IMG/VR virus record: IMGVR_UViG_3300008262_003210
Source: a virus
Lineage: Duplodnaviria; Caudoviricetes
Strand: one strand, 5' to 3'
Length of the DNA stretch: 64,000 nucleotides
Position numbers and translations under genes: made by a program
Shown: positions 21,501 through 29,930 of the stretch, piece after piece
Layout: each line of letters starts with the position of its first letter
How positions within the stretch are numbered: position 1 is the stretch's first letter
The notes under the pieces: model-generated
What the model was told of the DNA's origin: nothing
The model's database searches: none
The model's input: only the letters and a program-made list of their open reading frames with translations

Positions 21501-24500
21501 ACATGGATTGATGAAAACTATCCTAACTTAGTTTATGATTCTGCTTTAGCCGCAAGGGATTCTGGCCTAGCCATAGATGCAGCTTGTTTTGACTTTATGT
21601 TTAACAGTAATTTTAGAGGTGTTAAAGGTGCTCAATCTTATGCCCGCCCTCAGTCTGTTGAATTACTAAAAGGTACACTAGCTAAGGCAACTAGAGAATC
21701 ACTCAAATATTTGACAGAAGTTGTATTAGACGAAATTACAGACGACACAGCTCAAACTAGAGCAAGAAAATCTTTAGTTTATGTAATTGATTATCTTGCA
21801 GGCAAGAGTGTTGATGAAGATACCGAAACTAACGGTACAATTTTTTACAACATGAATGAAGGAGTATTGAGAGGAGTTGAAATTTTAAGAGCTAATACTG
21901 CTTTCCTTGCTAACGAATCTTCTGCTTGGACTACTAAAACTTATAGTTCAACAGTAACATCAACAGCAAGTACAGGTAATGTTATAACAACTAGTTCTTC
22001 ACATAACTTTTCTGTTGGAGATCCAGTTAAATTTACTTTCACAGAATACAATTATATTGCTACATCTGCTAGCTCTGTTACTAATAGATTTACATTAAAC
22101 AATACAGCAGGACTTGTAGTAGGCATGCCAGTAAGTTTCTCAGGAGCATTATTGTTTGGTGGAGTAATTAACAGTTCATCTTATTTTGTAGATGGAATTG
22201 TTGGTAACGAAATATCAATTAGATCGTCAAACGGCGGAACAACGTATGCTCTAAGCTCAGGATCAGGTGTAATGGCTGTGACAGTTGGTGGAGTGATGGG
22301 AGGATTAGTTGAAAATCAAACATACTTTGTATTGACAACTCCAAGTATTACTACACTTACAGTAACCGCTACGCAATTTAGCAGTATACCGTTTATCTTA
22401 TCTAATGCAGTTGGAGAAATGACAGCGGGTTATGCATTTGATGAAGATTTGTGCAAACGAGACATGACTGAGTTTGTTCATGCATTAGTATATGACACTC
22501 AATACACTGGAAATTACAAATCTAAGAGAGCAGCAAGATTGTATTTTAACGCAATCAAAGGTTCTAACAAGAGCGACATGTGGCATGTAAGAAATGCTAC
22601 TGGTGTACGTAATATGACTATGAACGGTATAGAAGGAACTCTTTCTATTCCTAACAAATTTGGTACACGTAGACCAGAAGCTGGATCTTATACAAGTTTA
22701 GATCCAGGATTCGGTCCTTATGATAGGAATGCGTGGGTGAACAACCGTTCTTGCTATGTACAGAACTGTACGTTGTTTGGTTCTGGTACCGCAGCATTAA
22801 AAATTGATGGTGCGCTACATGCAGGCGGAAATCGTAGTATTGTTGCTAACGACTACACAACATTTATTAGTGACGGTATTGGAACATGGTGTTCAGGTTC
22901 TAATTCTTTAACAGAACTTGTGTCAGTGTTTGCATACTATTCATACGCAGGATATATTGCAGATTTAGGTGCTAAGATTCGTGCTACTAACGGTAACAGC
23001 TCTTATGGTACATACGGAGTAGTTGCTGAAGGAGTTGACACATACGAAGAACCTATTTACGGTAATCTTAACAATAGAGGTGCTGAGGCATTCATCACCA
23101 ATGTTCTTACAGACGGCGCAGAAGAAGTATTGAGAATTGAATTTGCTAATGCAGGTCAATCGTATACAAACGCAGAATGGAATGTAAGCGGAGCTGGATT
23201 TAATATTGTAGCAGTTGGTGATGAATTTAGAGATCGTGCGGTAACAGAAACAAGATTGATTGATTTAAATGACGGTTTTGGTTACGGTGGAGACGGATAC
23301 CTAACAGCTTCTAACGCAGCACAGATAAGCGGCATTGGTACAATTCTATTGGCTGCGTCCGATACCCAGTTAAGTTCAGCTTATATTGGTATGCGAGTTC
23401 TATTAATTGCAGGTACAGGTGCAGGACAAACTGCCGCTATTTTAACATATAATAACGGTAGTAAAGAAGCTAAGATTTATAAAGAATCTTTCACTACACT
23501 AACAGTAACAGCTACCGATGACAGTAACGACAGACTAACAGTAGCAAGTACTATTACATTATATGCTAATATGCCAATTTACTTAGGAAGTGCAATTGGT
23601 GGTGCAAGTGCCAATATTCTTTACTATGTTAAAGATATTATAAGCACAACACAATTTACAATCAGCACTTCAAGCGGCGGAGGAACATTTGATATTACTT
23701 CAGCAACCACAGGACAATCAGTTAGTCTGTATGCAGCTGGATGGGATCATACAGTACCAGGAAAAACAATAGCAAATAGCTTGGATCTTACAACTACTTA
23801 CATTGTTGAACCTCGTATAACTTACACAGAACCAGGATTTACATCAACTGCTAGAACACTTTCTTCTTCATCAATTTGGAAATCAGTTACATATTCAGCA
23901 GGAAGATTTATTGCTGTAAGCACCGCAGGCACCGCAACATCAACATCAACTAACGGTACAACGTGGGCAACTGGTGGTAATCTTCCAAGTAGTGCTAACT
24001 GGGTAGATGTAGTTTATGGCGGAGGCGAAGGAGCCACTGCAACTGCTGTAGTTGGAGGCTTAGGAGGTATTGGTGCAGAATTAGAAGCTGTAATTGTTTC
24101 TGGACAAGTAACTGCTGTTAATATTATTCAAGGCGGATTTGGATATTTAACACCTCCCACTATTACATTCAGTAGCGGATTGGCTGCAGCCTCGGCAATT
24201 GTACTTGATGGAGAAATTGTTGGAGTTGAAGTATCTATTCCTGGATCAGGTTATATTACTGCTCCTACAGTTACAGCTAGAACTGATATTATTACAGGAT
24301 TTACCATAAACACTAGCGGTAAAAATTACACTAGTCCTCCAAATGTAACAATAAGCGGCGGTGGCTCAACCAACCAAGCTACAGGAACTGCTGTTCTAAA
24401 TACAAACAACGGATTAGCAAGCATTACTGTTGGTAACAGTGGCGGAACAGGTTACACTAGTCAGCCTACAGTGACTATTATTGACACCAACGCTAAGTTT

Positions 24501-26516
24501 GTTACTATTCCAGATACAGCATCTGGAGGTACAACTAAAGCAGCTTATCAGACAGTAGCTGGTGCAGCTGCAGGTAGCGCATGGACCGCATCGACAGGAT
24601 CGCTTCCAAACGGTTCTTATAACTCAATTATCTACGGAGGCGGATACTGGATTGCTGTTGGTGGTGCTGGTGGCTCTAATGGATGTGCAAGAACTATCGA
24701 TGCTGATACTACATGGAATAATGTTGCATTACCAGCGTTAGGTGCAGGAACTTATAGCGGAGTAGCCTACGGACACGGTGCGTTTGTTGCAATTACTACT
24801 GGTAACAACCAAACAGCAGTCTCTACAACATTAGGTTCGTCATGGTCAGCAGGCGGCACATTACCTTCAACAGCAAGCTGGAGATCTATTGTTTACGGAA
24901 ACGGTAGATTTGTAGCTATGGCATCTGACGGTAGTGTAGCAATCAGTATTGACAAAGGAACCACATGGGTAGCATCTTCAGCAGGACTAGGTACACCTGC
25001 ATATGGTTGGACTGATTTAGCCTACGGACAAGGCGTATTTTTTGCTGTACAAGAAGCAGTAACCGTAGCATCTACAAGCGTTGATGGATTAAACTGGACA
25101 AGACGTACAATGCCAAGCGCAGCCATTTGGCAAACAACTGCATTCGGTAATCCAAATTCTAATCCAACTTTTGTTGCGTTGGCAGGTGTTAGCTCAACAA
25201 CAAATGCAGCAAGTGTAAAAACAGGTGCAAGAGCACAAGGAAGAATTGAAGTTGCTTCTAATGCGGTATCTGAAATTCGAATGATTGAACCAGGTTCTGG
25301 TTATCCAGCAGGTTCAATAACAGCTACAACAGCTACAACAAATATCATTACAACTGGTGATACTACTAACCTTGTTAATTTACAGCCTGTAGAATTTACA
25401 GATTTAGATTCATACGGTTTAGAGACTGGAGTTACCTACTACGTAACAACAGGCACGATTGTTACTGACACTTCATTTAAAGTGTCTATAGATACAACAC
25501 TAGCTGCTGCTGGTATTAGTATTAATCTAACAACTGGAACCGGACTAAGTGGAACTTACCAAGCAGGACCAATTGTAACTCAAGTAGATCCAAATAAAGT
25601 TCGTACTGCTCCAACAAGAGTTCGTATGGCTAACGGTGTGTTAGGTAATCCAAGTTTCAGTAATAGAGGTAGCCTAAATACAACAGCAACCGCAACAGTT
25701 TCAGGTGACGGTTTTAGTGACTTGTATCAAGCCAGCAACTTTATTAACGTTAGCGGACTTTTTGACACTCCTGTGGCAGGTTCTAACGTTGAATTTGCAA
25801 GTATTCCAAATACATGGTTCAAACTTGTAGCAGTAACAAATAAACTAGGAAATCCTGGGGACTATAGTGCTACATTCCAAATTAATCCAGCTCTTAGTGT
25901 ACTAAATGCACCAGATCATAACGACAGGATTACAACAAGATACAAGTATAGCCAAGTTCGACTAACAGGACATGACTTCCTGTACATTGGAACTGGTAAC
26001 TTTAGTGATACAAACTATCCGTTTGTAGATCCATCAACTGCTATCCAGGCAAATCAAACATTTGCATCAGAAGGCGGGCGTGTGTTCTTTACAAGTACTG
26101 ACCAAGACGGTAACTTCAACGTTGGTAACTTGTTTGCAGTTCAACAGGCAACTGGTACAGCAACATTGAATGCGTCAGCGTTCAACTTGTCAGGTTTGCA
26201 ATCCTTGCAACTTGGTACTGTTTCTGTTGGTGCAGGATCAGCAGTAATTACAAGTTTCTCAACAGACCCGTTTTTTACTGCAAACAGTGATAATATTTTA
26301 CCAACACAGCGAGCTATTAAATCATACATTACAGCTCAAATTGGTGGCGGACAAAGCTCACTGAACGTAAATACACTGACTTCAGGTGTTATCTACGTGG
26401 CAAACAACACTATAAGTACAACTAGCGGAGTTCAGATTAATGTCAGAGCTAAGATGTACTTCCAAGGCGGCATTGACGGAGCACCTGTCGCCCTAGCTTA
26501 TTTCATGCAAAGATAA
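15501..26516 (+). CDS. Giant virion structural/tail-appendage protein (3671 aa), paralog of 6736..15438
   Basis: Same N-terminus (AEF.(I/L).R.....W), seven Trp repeats, GDELR motif, beta-helix (NRSCYVQNCT..GSG..A.K.DG.LH.GGNRS..ANDYT), propeller and C-terminal RLTGHDFL...TSTDQDGNF...PTQRAIKSY; adds eight RD.GY..DA..YD..YGGN helical repeats. Confidence 0.85.
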   Translation: MAEFILGRIKFVYRNNWATSTDYVVDDVVTVGGKTFICIKNHESSAIFETDYDTNTAISKWNLLADGQQWREDWAAATVYNQGDLVKYGGLVYLCNEPHTSATYTSPTWLGLEDDQSKWDIFATSFDWKGAWATSTRYKVNDIVSYNGYTYVCTLKHISAATASLGLEDDLGNWDVVNPGLKYLGSWESLGSSYRYKLNDVVKYGASLWICTAHHTSTTDFEDGDWTIFLNGFEFENSWSSSTTYQVGDIVTYGGVSYVAKQNNDNKKPSAEPTYWDVYTTGFSFEGDWNRLTTYKIGSVVRNGGYTYLAELDSPSITSVATDTTVSTDPTNPNTVSADTTGFVAGMTVYFGTSFGGLVANTKYYVLSAGLSPTRFKVSTTPGGTPVTLTTTTGQTVGVTVSPEPSNTTYWSQLNSGFKWKNNPVTYTAVAGTVQGTSLGINQLFDVTRTGTIYTVTINDGGDYFAAGDEIVIAGTSIGGISPANDLTITVTTESSGVITAVTHAGISVTWTSGLVYVIGDVIFFGASSYTCVTEHVASTGTRPDNDIDATYWNIVSVGAEIATLTTAGDTLYYSPNGPARLPIGRDGQVLRVKDGYPSWETYGHVFNAVFVGPTGVDLPYPQSGFSIDQPWKTVRYACKQIEEGYRDPQTRHILQTNKSFLIKETFNYLEYTYQVSVTGTSVGEFLVADTSMLNLKMPIRFLDQTGSLTLNGNPILSTTTYYVKSITSNTSFTVAATPTGATLVSAGTGTATAKFEYDKAKAKRDAGILIEGMIYDVTHGGNYKTTGNTLSFYDTSGTAYITTNTELQITQFIDSHVYLKSIIPSVLANTVVSPSYQTLNNETDPIYQIIDTDYTAESDALPRLNELFDILIDGLTQGDTSTTPIAKTPNTTINIKTGTYLEVLPVVVPEYTALVGDELRSTVVQPRGGNDLLVNDQPKTKSALERLKAVLPNIMSNTAVSASAENTVNQEYLYTAQDNTITASITANTNTMVDIIVNGDNFSTASPVAVLPTPTGGSNNAFTAGYFNAARLIKLNRALIVDEVEYLMDTTYNTLWNTTFTATQRAQTLRDAGYIVDAVVYDLTYGGNLASVIAGRSYYSKGSIVVPTSKTETLACQARIKDIIDNIAQGLTTGWTKNSALSQDISGTAGSLAAATAAQARVQEIYDATDTGTAPTTIAPDITWPSALKLSANTSIVAAITDIQAETQQWIQDAYPLLPYDVTLCDRDIGYFIDALRYDMMFGSNFLSIWNGESYRRNLTSTQFVVDNQLEAEVGMIGFLSAIIKEITGGGTSGSAGSFRAIRRVESAAKTVYNIIASGFTRVPSIQFTTPTGYNTSALTDTAYAATGYATGDTTGFGDGKAQLVQNYDFIVADVLQFYANGSYSAIWAATTTEGRDKGKRDIRYILDALQHDMTYGGNYQASIAGSSYYSSYLLNISEEEKPAFLDAFAFMKVLVGQIVREDAITAQSGNTVNRVTTGPGGSAAAGAFAEDRIQDVIDWITDGEAPTQVAPYYGWASDTLQNAYNAVVAKREEISLDATGWVQKYYQEVLLDLTLTTRDAELVIDAIALDMVLGTNFNALSAGRAYLRGTASTEALLNGPIKDPTLGAIDFIKFKVKTIAGYGAVAQAQSILTDIINKTSSNFTPKLAMIEPVLPAGSYSAISGTNTVGSGSSATFNFVRTNAGFTPSVNAGGTGYAVNDQIRINGSDIGGRTSANDITVLVTGVSGSTINRVKVLTDREAVILLEDNRDFLLSEVIAYIDYTYPSLVYNKDLTVRDAGYIIDAVHYDLLYGGDFASQQAGQAYYTFGTSQISAYVKTATLDAINRLKTTAKQVIQNTSVTITTGNTKTQVFKNGAQLQGSFATATMMDSLITKIYNYVDLGLIAGAPSVTVTDIATGDTFTSNAHGLENGDYIVNESTTVFGLTSGTRYYVVNATTNAFKLAATYNGTALTSFTNGTGLSLSLHYTNNPYLGWVNADLITEYSTLMADRNTITADVVTWIDENYPNLVYDSALAARDSGLAIDAACFDFMFNSNFRGVKGAQSYARPQSVELLKGTLAKATRESLKYLTEVVLDEITDDTAQTRARKSLVYVIDYLAGKSVDEDTETNGTIFYNMNEGVLRGVEILRANTAFLANESSAWTTKTYSSTVTSTASTGNVITTSSSHNFSVGDPVKFTFTEYNYIATSASSVTNRFTLNNTAGLVVGMPVSFSGALLFGGVINSSSYFVDGIVGNEISIRSSNGGTTYALSSGSGVMAVTVGGVMGGLVENQTYFVLTTPSITTLTVTATQFSSIPFILSNAVGEMTAGYAFDEDLCKRDMTEFVHALVYDTQYTGNYKSKRAARLYFNAIKGSNKSDMWHVRNATGVRNMTMNGIEGTLSIPNKFGTRRPEAGSYTSLDPGFGPYDRNAWVNNRSCYVQNCTLFGSGTAALKIDGALHAGGNRSIVANDYTTFISDGIGTWCSGSNSLTELVSVFAYYSYAGYIADLGAKIRATNGNSSYGTYGVVAEGVDTYEEPIYGNLNNRGAEAFITNVLTDGAEEVLRIEFANAGQSYTNAEWNVSGAGFNIVAVGDEFRDRAVTETRLIDLNDGFGYGGDGYLTASNAAQISGIGTILLAASDTQLSSAYIGMRVLLIAGTGAGQTAAILTYNNGSKEAKIYKESFTTLTVTATDDSNDRLTVASTITLYANMPIYLGSAIGGASANILYYVKDIISTTQFTISTSSGGGTFDITSATTGQSVSLYAAGWDHTVPGKTIANSLDLTTTYIVEPRITYTEPGFTSTARTLSSSSIWKSVTYSAGRFIAVSTAGTATSTSTNGTTWATGGNLPSSANWVDVVYGGGEGATATAVVGGLGGIGAELEAVIVSGQVTAVNIIQGGFGYLTPPTITFSSGLAAASAIVLDGEIVGVEVSIPGSGYITAPTVTARTDIITGFTINTSGKNYTSPPNVTISGGGSTNQATGTAVLNTNNGLASITVGNSGGTGYTSQPTVTIIDTNAKFVTIPDTASGGTTKAAYQTVAGAAAGSAWTASTGSLPNGSYNSIIYGGGYWIAVGGAGGSNGCARTIDADTTWNNVALPALGAGTYSGVAYGHGAFVAITTGNNQTAVSTTLGSSWSAGGTLPSTASWRSIVYGNGRFVAMASDGSVAISIDKGTTWVASSAGLGTPAYGWTDLAYGQGVFFAVQEAVTVASTSVDGLNWTRRTMPSAAIWQTTAFGNPNSNPTFVALAGVSSTTNAASVKTGARAQGRIEVASNAVSEIRMIEPGSGYPAGSITATTATTNIITTGDTTNLVNLQPVEFTDLDSYGLETGVTYYVTTGTIVTDTSFKVSIDTTLAAAGISINLTTGTGLSGTYQAGPIVTQVDPNKVRTAPTRVRMANGVLGNPSFSNRGSLNTTATATVSGDGFSDLYQASNFINVSGLFDTPVAGSNVEFASIPNTWFKLVAVTNKLGNPGDYSATFQINPALSVLNAPDHNDRITTRYKYSQVRLTGHDFLYIGTGNFSDTNYPFVDPSTAIQANQTFASEGGRVFFTSTDQDGNFNVGNLFAVQQATGTATLNASAFNLSGLQSLQLGTVSVGAGSAVITSFSTDPFFTANSDNILPTQRAIKSYITAQIGGGQSSLNVNTLTSGVIYVANNTISTTSGVQINVRAKMYFQGGIDGAPVALAYFMQR

Positions 26517-26531
26517 TGGAGAAAAATTAAT

Positions 26532-26858
26532 ATGGCAACAGGAAGATTAGCAGCGCCAGCACAACTGGCAGCAACAACAAACACAACTGTTTATACAGTT
26601 CCAACCGGATACTATGCGGTGGCAAACGTGTCGTTTTGTAATACAGGTTCAAGCTCTGTAGCAATTCGTCTAGCGATGGCAACATCAGGAACACCAAGCG
26701 CAGCAGAATGGATTGAATATGACACAGTTATAGTTGGTAAAGGTGTTTTTGAACGTACAGGTTTAGTCTTGCAAGCAGGTTTAAATCTTATAGCGTATTC
26801 AAACACTGGAGCAGCCGTAAGTGTCAGTGTTTATGGATTTGAAACAGCAACAACATAA
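26532..26858 (+). CDS. Small virion-associated protein (108 aa)
   Basis: GGAG RBS; similar in size and pattern to 6012..6341. Confidence 0.7.
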   Translation: MATGRLAAPAQLAATTNTTVYTVPTGYYAVANVSFCNTGSSSVAIRLAMATSGTPSAAEWIEYDTVIVGKGVFERTGLVLQAGLNLIAYSNTGAAVSVSVYGFETATT

Positions 26859-26874
26859 TAGGGGATAGAGCGAC

Positions 26875-27453
26875 ATGGCACGTTATAACACCGTAAATAC
26901 GGCTACAACATCTAGCGGTACAGCTACATTTAGTACACCTACACAAGGTTTGCTTACAACACTAACTGGAGTAGCACCTTACACAGTTACACTAGCTATG
27001 CCAGCAATGTTTACCGGTATTACGCAGAGCTTTTTTAATAATACCGGTGGTGTAGTAACACTTACCACACCATCAGGAAATATACTTGGTGCAGGATTTT
27101 CAGGCGCAGTATCACAAACTATTCCTGCTAATGCTACCTATACTCTAACATCAGATGGAACTAACTATGTTATTGTTAACAACGAAGGTGGACCAATTTC
27201 AGCAACAACGTTAAGTGCCAGTGGCACAGTTACACTCAGCCCAACTACTGCTGGAGTTTCAATTAATCCTGCCAACGGCAACGTTGTTATAAGCCCAACA
27301 GGAACTGGAACTGTTACAATTAATCCGGCTGTAACTGGGACAATTAACAAAGTAAATATTGGTGCATCAACTGCGGGCGACGCAACATTTAATACAGTTA
27401 CATTGAATACAACACTTACTGGAAACGGCACTATTGATGGAGGCACATTCTAA
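26875..27453 (+). CDS. Thr/Gly-rich tail-fibre-like protein (192 aa)
   Basis: Y..TL..P.......Q.F.N..G..VTL segment, ISPTGTGTVTI shaft motif, terminal IDGGTF. Confidence 0.65.
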   Translation: MARYNTVNTATTSSGTATFSTPTQGLLTTLTGVAPYTVTLAMPAMFTGITQSFFNNTGGVVTLTTPSGNILGAGFSGAVSQTIPANATYTLTSDGTNYVIVNNEGGPISATTLSASGTVTLSPTTAGVSINPANGNVVISPTGTGTVTINPAVTGTINKVNIGASTAGDATFNTVTLNTTLTGNGTIDGGTF

Positions 27454-28412
27454 TGCCAACGATTAAATTAAAGACTAATAGCACACCAGGACAAGTTCCT
27501 TCTAGCTTAGATGTTGGAGAAATTGCTATGAATACTGGAGACGGTAATGTCTTTATAGGCACAGGCAGCGGTGTGGTTAAAATTGTAGGTACAGCAGCAA
27601 GATTTCCAGCAAATTCAGTTACGTTTACTGGAGGAACTGTAAATGGCACAGCAATAGGAACAACAACCCCAAGTAGCATAGCCGTTAGCAATCTTCAACT
27701 TAACAGCGGCCAAACAGTAAGTTCGGTTTCAACGTCTACTAGTTTAGGTACAAGTAATACAACTCTTGCTACAAGAGATGCTGTTACAGGGTATGTTGAC
27801 ACCATGCGTGGCACACTTAAAAATATCTTTACATACACCAGTGGTACAAATACCTACACAAAAAGTGGAACTGATGTAAAACAACTTAGAGTTATCTGTG
27901 TTGGCGGTGGAGGTGGTGGACGTGGTTACGGAGAAAGCGGCGGCGCTGGCGGATTTTCAGAAGCGTGGATTAATGCAACCGGTATAACAACAGTTACCGT
28001 GACCATAGGCGGTGGTGGCGGTGGTGGCGTGTATTACGGATACAGTCCTAGCGGTGCAACTACAAGTTTTGGTGGATTTTGTTCAGCCAGCGGTGGCAAC
28101 GGTGCAAATAATAATCAAGACCACACAGGCGGTCAAGGTGGTATTGGATCAGGTGGTAATTTAAATTTTCATGGCGGCGGCGGTCGCGGCCATATCAATT
28201 GTCACACAGCGAGTTATCATAATCCAGGACACGGCGGAAATAGTTTCTTTGGAGGGTCTACACCAGGTGTACACTATACTAGTAGATCCCAAGATAACTC
28301 TGCGTTTGGTGCAGGAGGCACAGGATCTAATTTCTATAACAACGGTGCCAATAATTACGACAGAGGTTTTGATGGTCAAACCGGTGTTTGTGTAGTTTAC
28401 GAATATAAGTAA
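27453..28412 (+). CDS. Tail-fibre-like protein with Gly-rich C-terminal domain (319 aa), paralog 1
   Basis: N-terminal P..L..GEIA.N..D anchor motif; C-terminal FTYTSGTNTYTKSG...GGGGGG...ESGGAGG...G.C.VYEY. Confidence 0.75.
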   Translation: MPTIKLKTNSTPGQVPSSLDVGEIAMNTGDGNVFIGTGSGVVKIVGTAARFPANSVTFTGGTVNGTAIGTTTPSSIAVSNLQLNSGQTVSSVSTSTSLGTSNTTLATRDAVTGYVDTMRGTLKNIFTYTSGTNTYTKSGTDVKQLRVICVGGGGGGRGYGESGGAGGFSEAWINATGITTVTVTIGGGGGGGVYYGYSPSGATTSFGGFCSASGGNGANNNQDHTGGQGGIGSGGNLNFHGGGGRGHINCHTASYHNPGHGGNSFFGGSTPGVHYTSRSQDNSAFGAGGTGSNFYNNGANNYDRGFDGQTGVCVVYEYK

Positions 28413-28418
28413 AATATT

Positions 28419-29924
28419 ATGCCAAAAATTAAAGTTAAAACATCAACAACTGCATCAGCTGTTCCAGCTAATGGATCCCTAGAACAAGGGGAAATAGCTG
28501 TTAACTTAGCAGACAACAAAATTTACATGGGAAATGCTTCAGGCAATCCGGTATTAATGGGAGATAGCCTTGGTAGGCAAGATTCAAATGCTGTTATAAT
28601 TACTGGCGGCTCAATTAACAGTACAACTATAAGTGCAACTACAGGAAATTTTAGTTCTTTAGGCATGTCTTCTGAAAGAATATGGTACGATGAAGGCACA
28701 AATGCAGGAGCGTTTACAGCCAATTGGAACGATGCAACTACAACTAACATGCCAGAATTTGGCGGGTTAGGGAATGTTACTGCACACGGTTGGACTGCTG
28801 GTCCTAGAAGCTACACTTTAAATCTAAATGGAATTCCAACCCACACCGAAGTCAGATATCAAGTCTTTTGGCATCATGTAGATAGTATTGATAACGAAGC
28901 AAATGAATTATATACTACAAATAGTGCAGGATCGGAAGTTTTAAGAGTTGCATTCACAAGAACTAGCGGAACACCACCAAGTTACTCAACAATAGCAAGT
29001 GGAACAACAGTTAGATGGCATGCAAATCGTTGGTACTCAACTGCTCCGTGGGGAGGTGTAGGTAGAAATGTTGAACAAGGAGCCGGCAATGGATATATTG
29101 TAATGGATACTGGTTGGTATGCACATACTCCTAGTACATTTACTGCTAGACATTTTACTGGTGTTGATCAAGCTCAGTCAGACGAAGCAGTTTATCTTTC
29201 ACATGTAAGACTTTGGATTAGAGGCGGCACTAGTACAGTAACAAGTATATCCACTTCGACTGCCTTAGATACCAGTGCAACAACCCTAGCAACACAAGGT
29301 GCAATCAAATCGTACATTGACACAAACATGTCAGGTTTGGTAAAAAATGTCTTTACATACACCAGTGGTACAAACACCTACACAAAAAGCGGTACAGATG
29401 TTAAAAGAATAAGGGTCATTTGTATTGGTGGAGGTGGTGGTGGACGAGGCTATGGCGAAAGTGGTGGCGCAGGCGGCTACGCTGAACGAACACTTGACGC
29501 GGCCAGCATTTCTACTGTAACTGTCACAATAGGTGGTGGTGGCGGAGGTGGTGGCTATTTTGGTTACAGCCCAGCAGGCGGAACTACTAGTTTTGGCAGT
29601 TATCTCAGTGCCTCTGGCGGCTCTGGTGCTAACAATCACGGATCACACATTGGCGGACACGGCGGTATTGGATCGCAAGGCGACGTAAATTCTTATGGTG
29701 GCGGCGGCATGGGTCACAACAACGGACGGAATAACCCCTCTAATTCAGCAGTAGGTCGAGGCGGCGGCAGTTTCTTTGGAGGATCTAGAAATAGTCATCA
29801 TAGTGCTTCTCGACCAGCAGACCACGGAGCACCAGGTGCGGGTGCTTCTGGATCGGTCGGTGATTCAGGCGGTGCTGGTTCGGACGGCCGTACAGGAATT
29901 TGCATAGTTTATGAACTAAGGTAA
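28419..29924 (+). CDS. Tail-fibre-like protein with inserted Trp/His-rich domain and Gly-rich C-terminal domain (501 aa), paralog 2
   Basis: Same N- and C-modules as its neighbours plus an extra domain of about 185 aa (RIWYDEG...SHVRLWIR). Confidence 0.75.
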   Translation: MPKIKVKTSTTASAVPANGSLEQGEIAVNLADNKIYMGNASGNPVLMGDSLGRQDSNAVIITGGSINSTTISATTGNFSSLGMSSERIWYDEGTNAGAFTANWNDATTTNMPEFGGLGNVTAHGWTAGPRSYTLNLNGIPTHTEVRYQVFWHHVDSIDNEANELYTTNSAGSEVLRVAFTRTSGTPPSYSTIASGTTVRWHANRWYSTAPWGGVGRNVEQGAGNGYIVMDTGWYAHTPSTFTARHFTGVDQAQSDEAVYLSHVRLWIRGGTSTVTSISTSTALDTSATTLATQGAIKSYIDTNMSGLVKNVFTYTSGTNTYTKSGTDVKRIRVICIGGGGGGRGYGESGGAGGYAERTLDAASISTVTVTIGGGGGGGGYFGYSPAGGTTSFGSYLSASGGSGANNHGSHIGGHGGIGSQGDVNSYGGGGMGHNNGRNNPSNSAVGRGGGSFFGGSRNSHHSASRPADHGAPGAGASGSVGDSGGAGSDGRTGICIVYELR

Positions 29925-29930
29925 GGAAAA

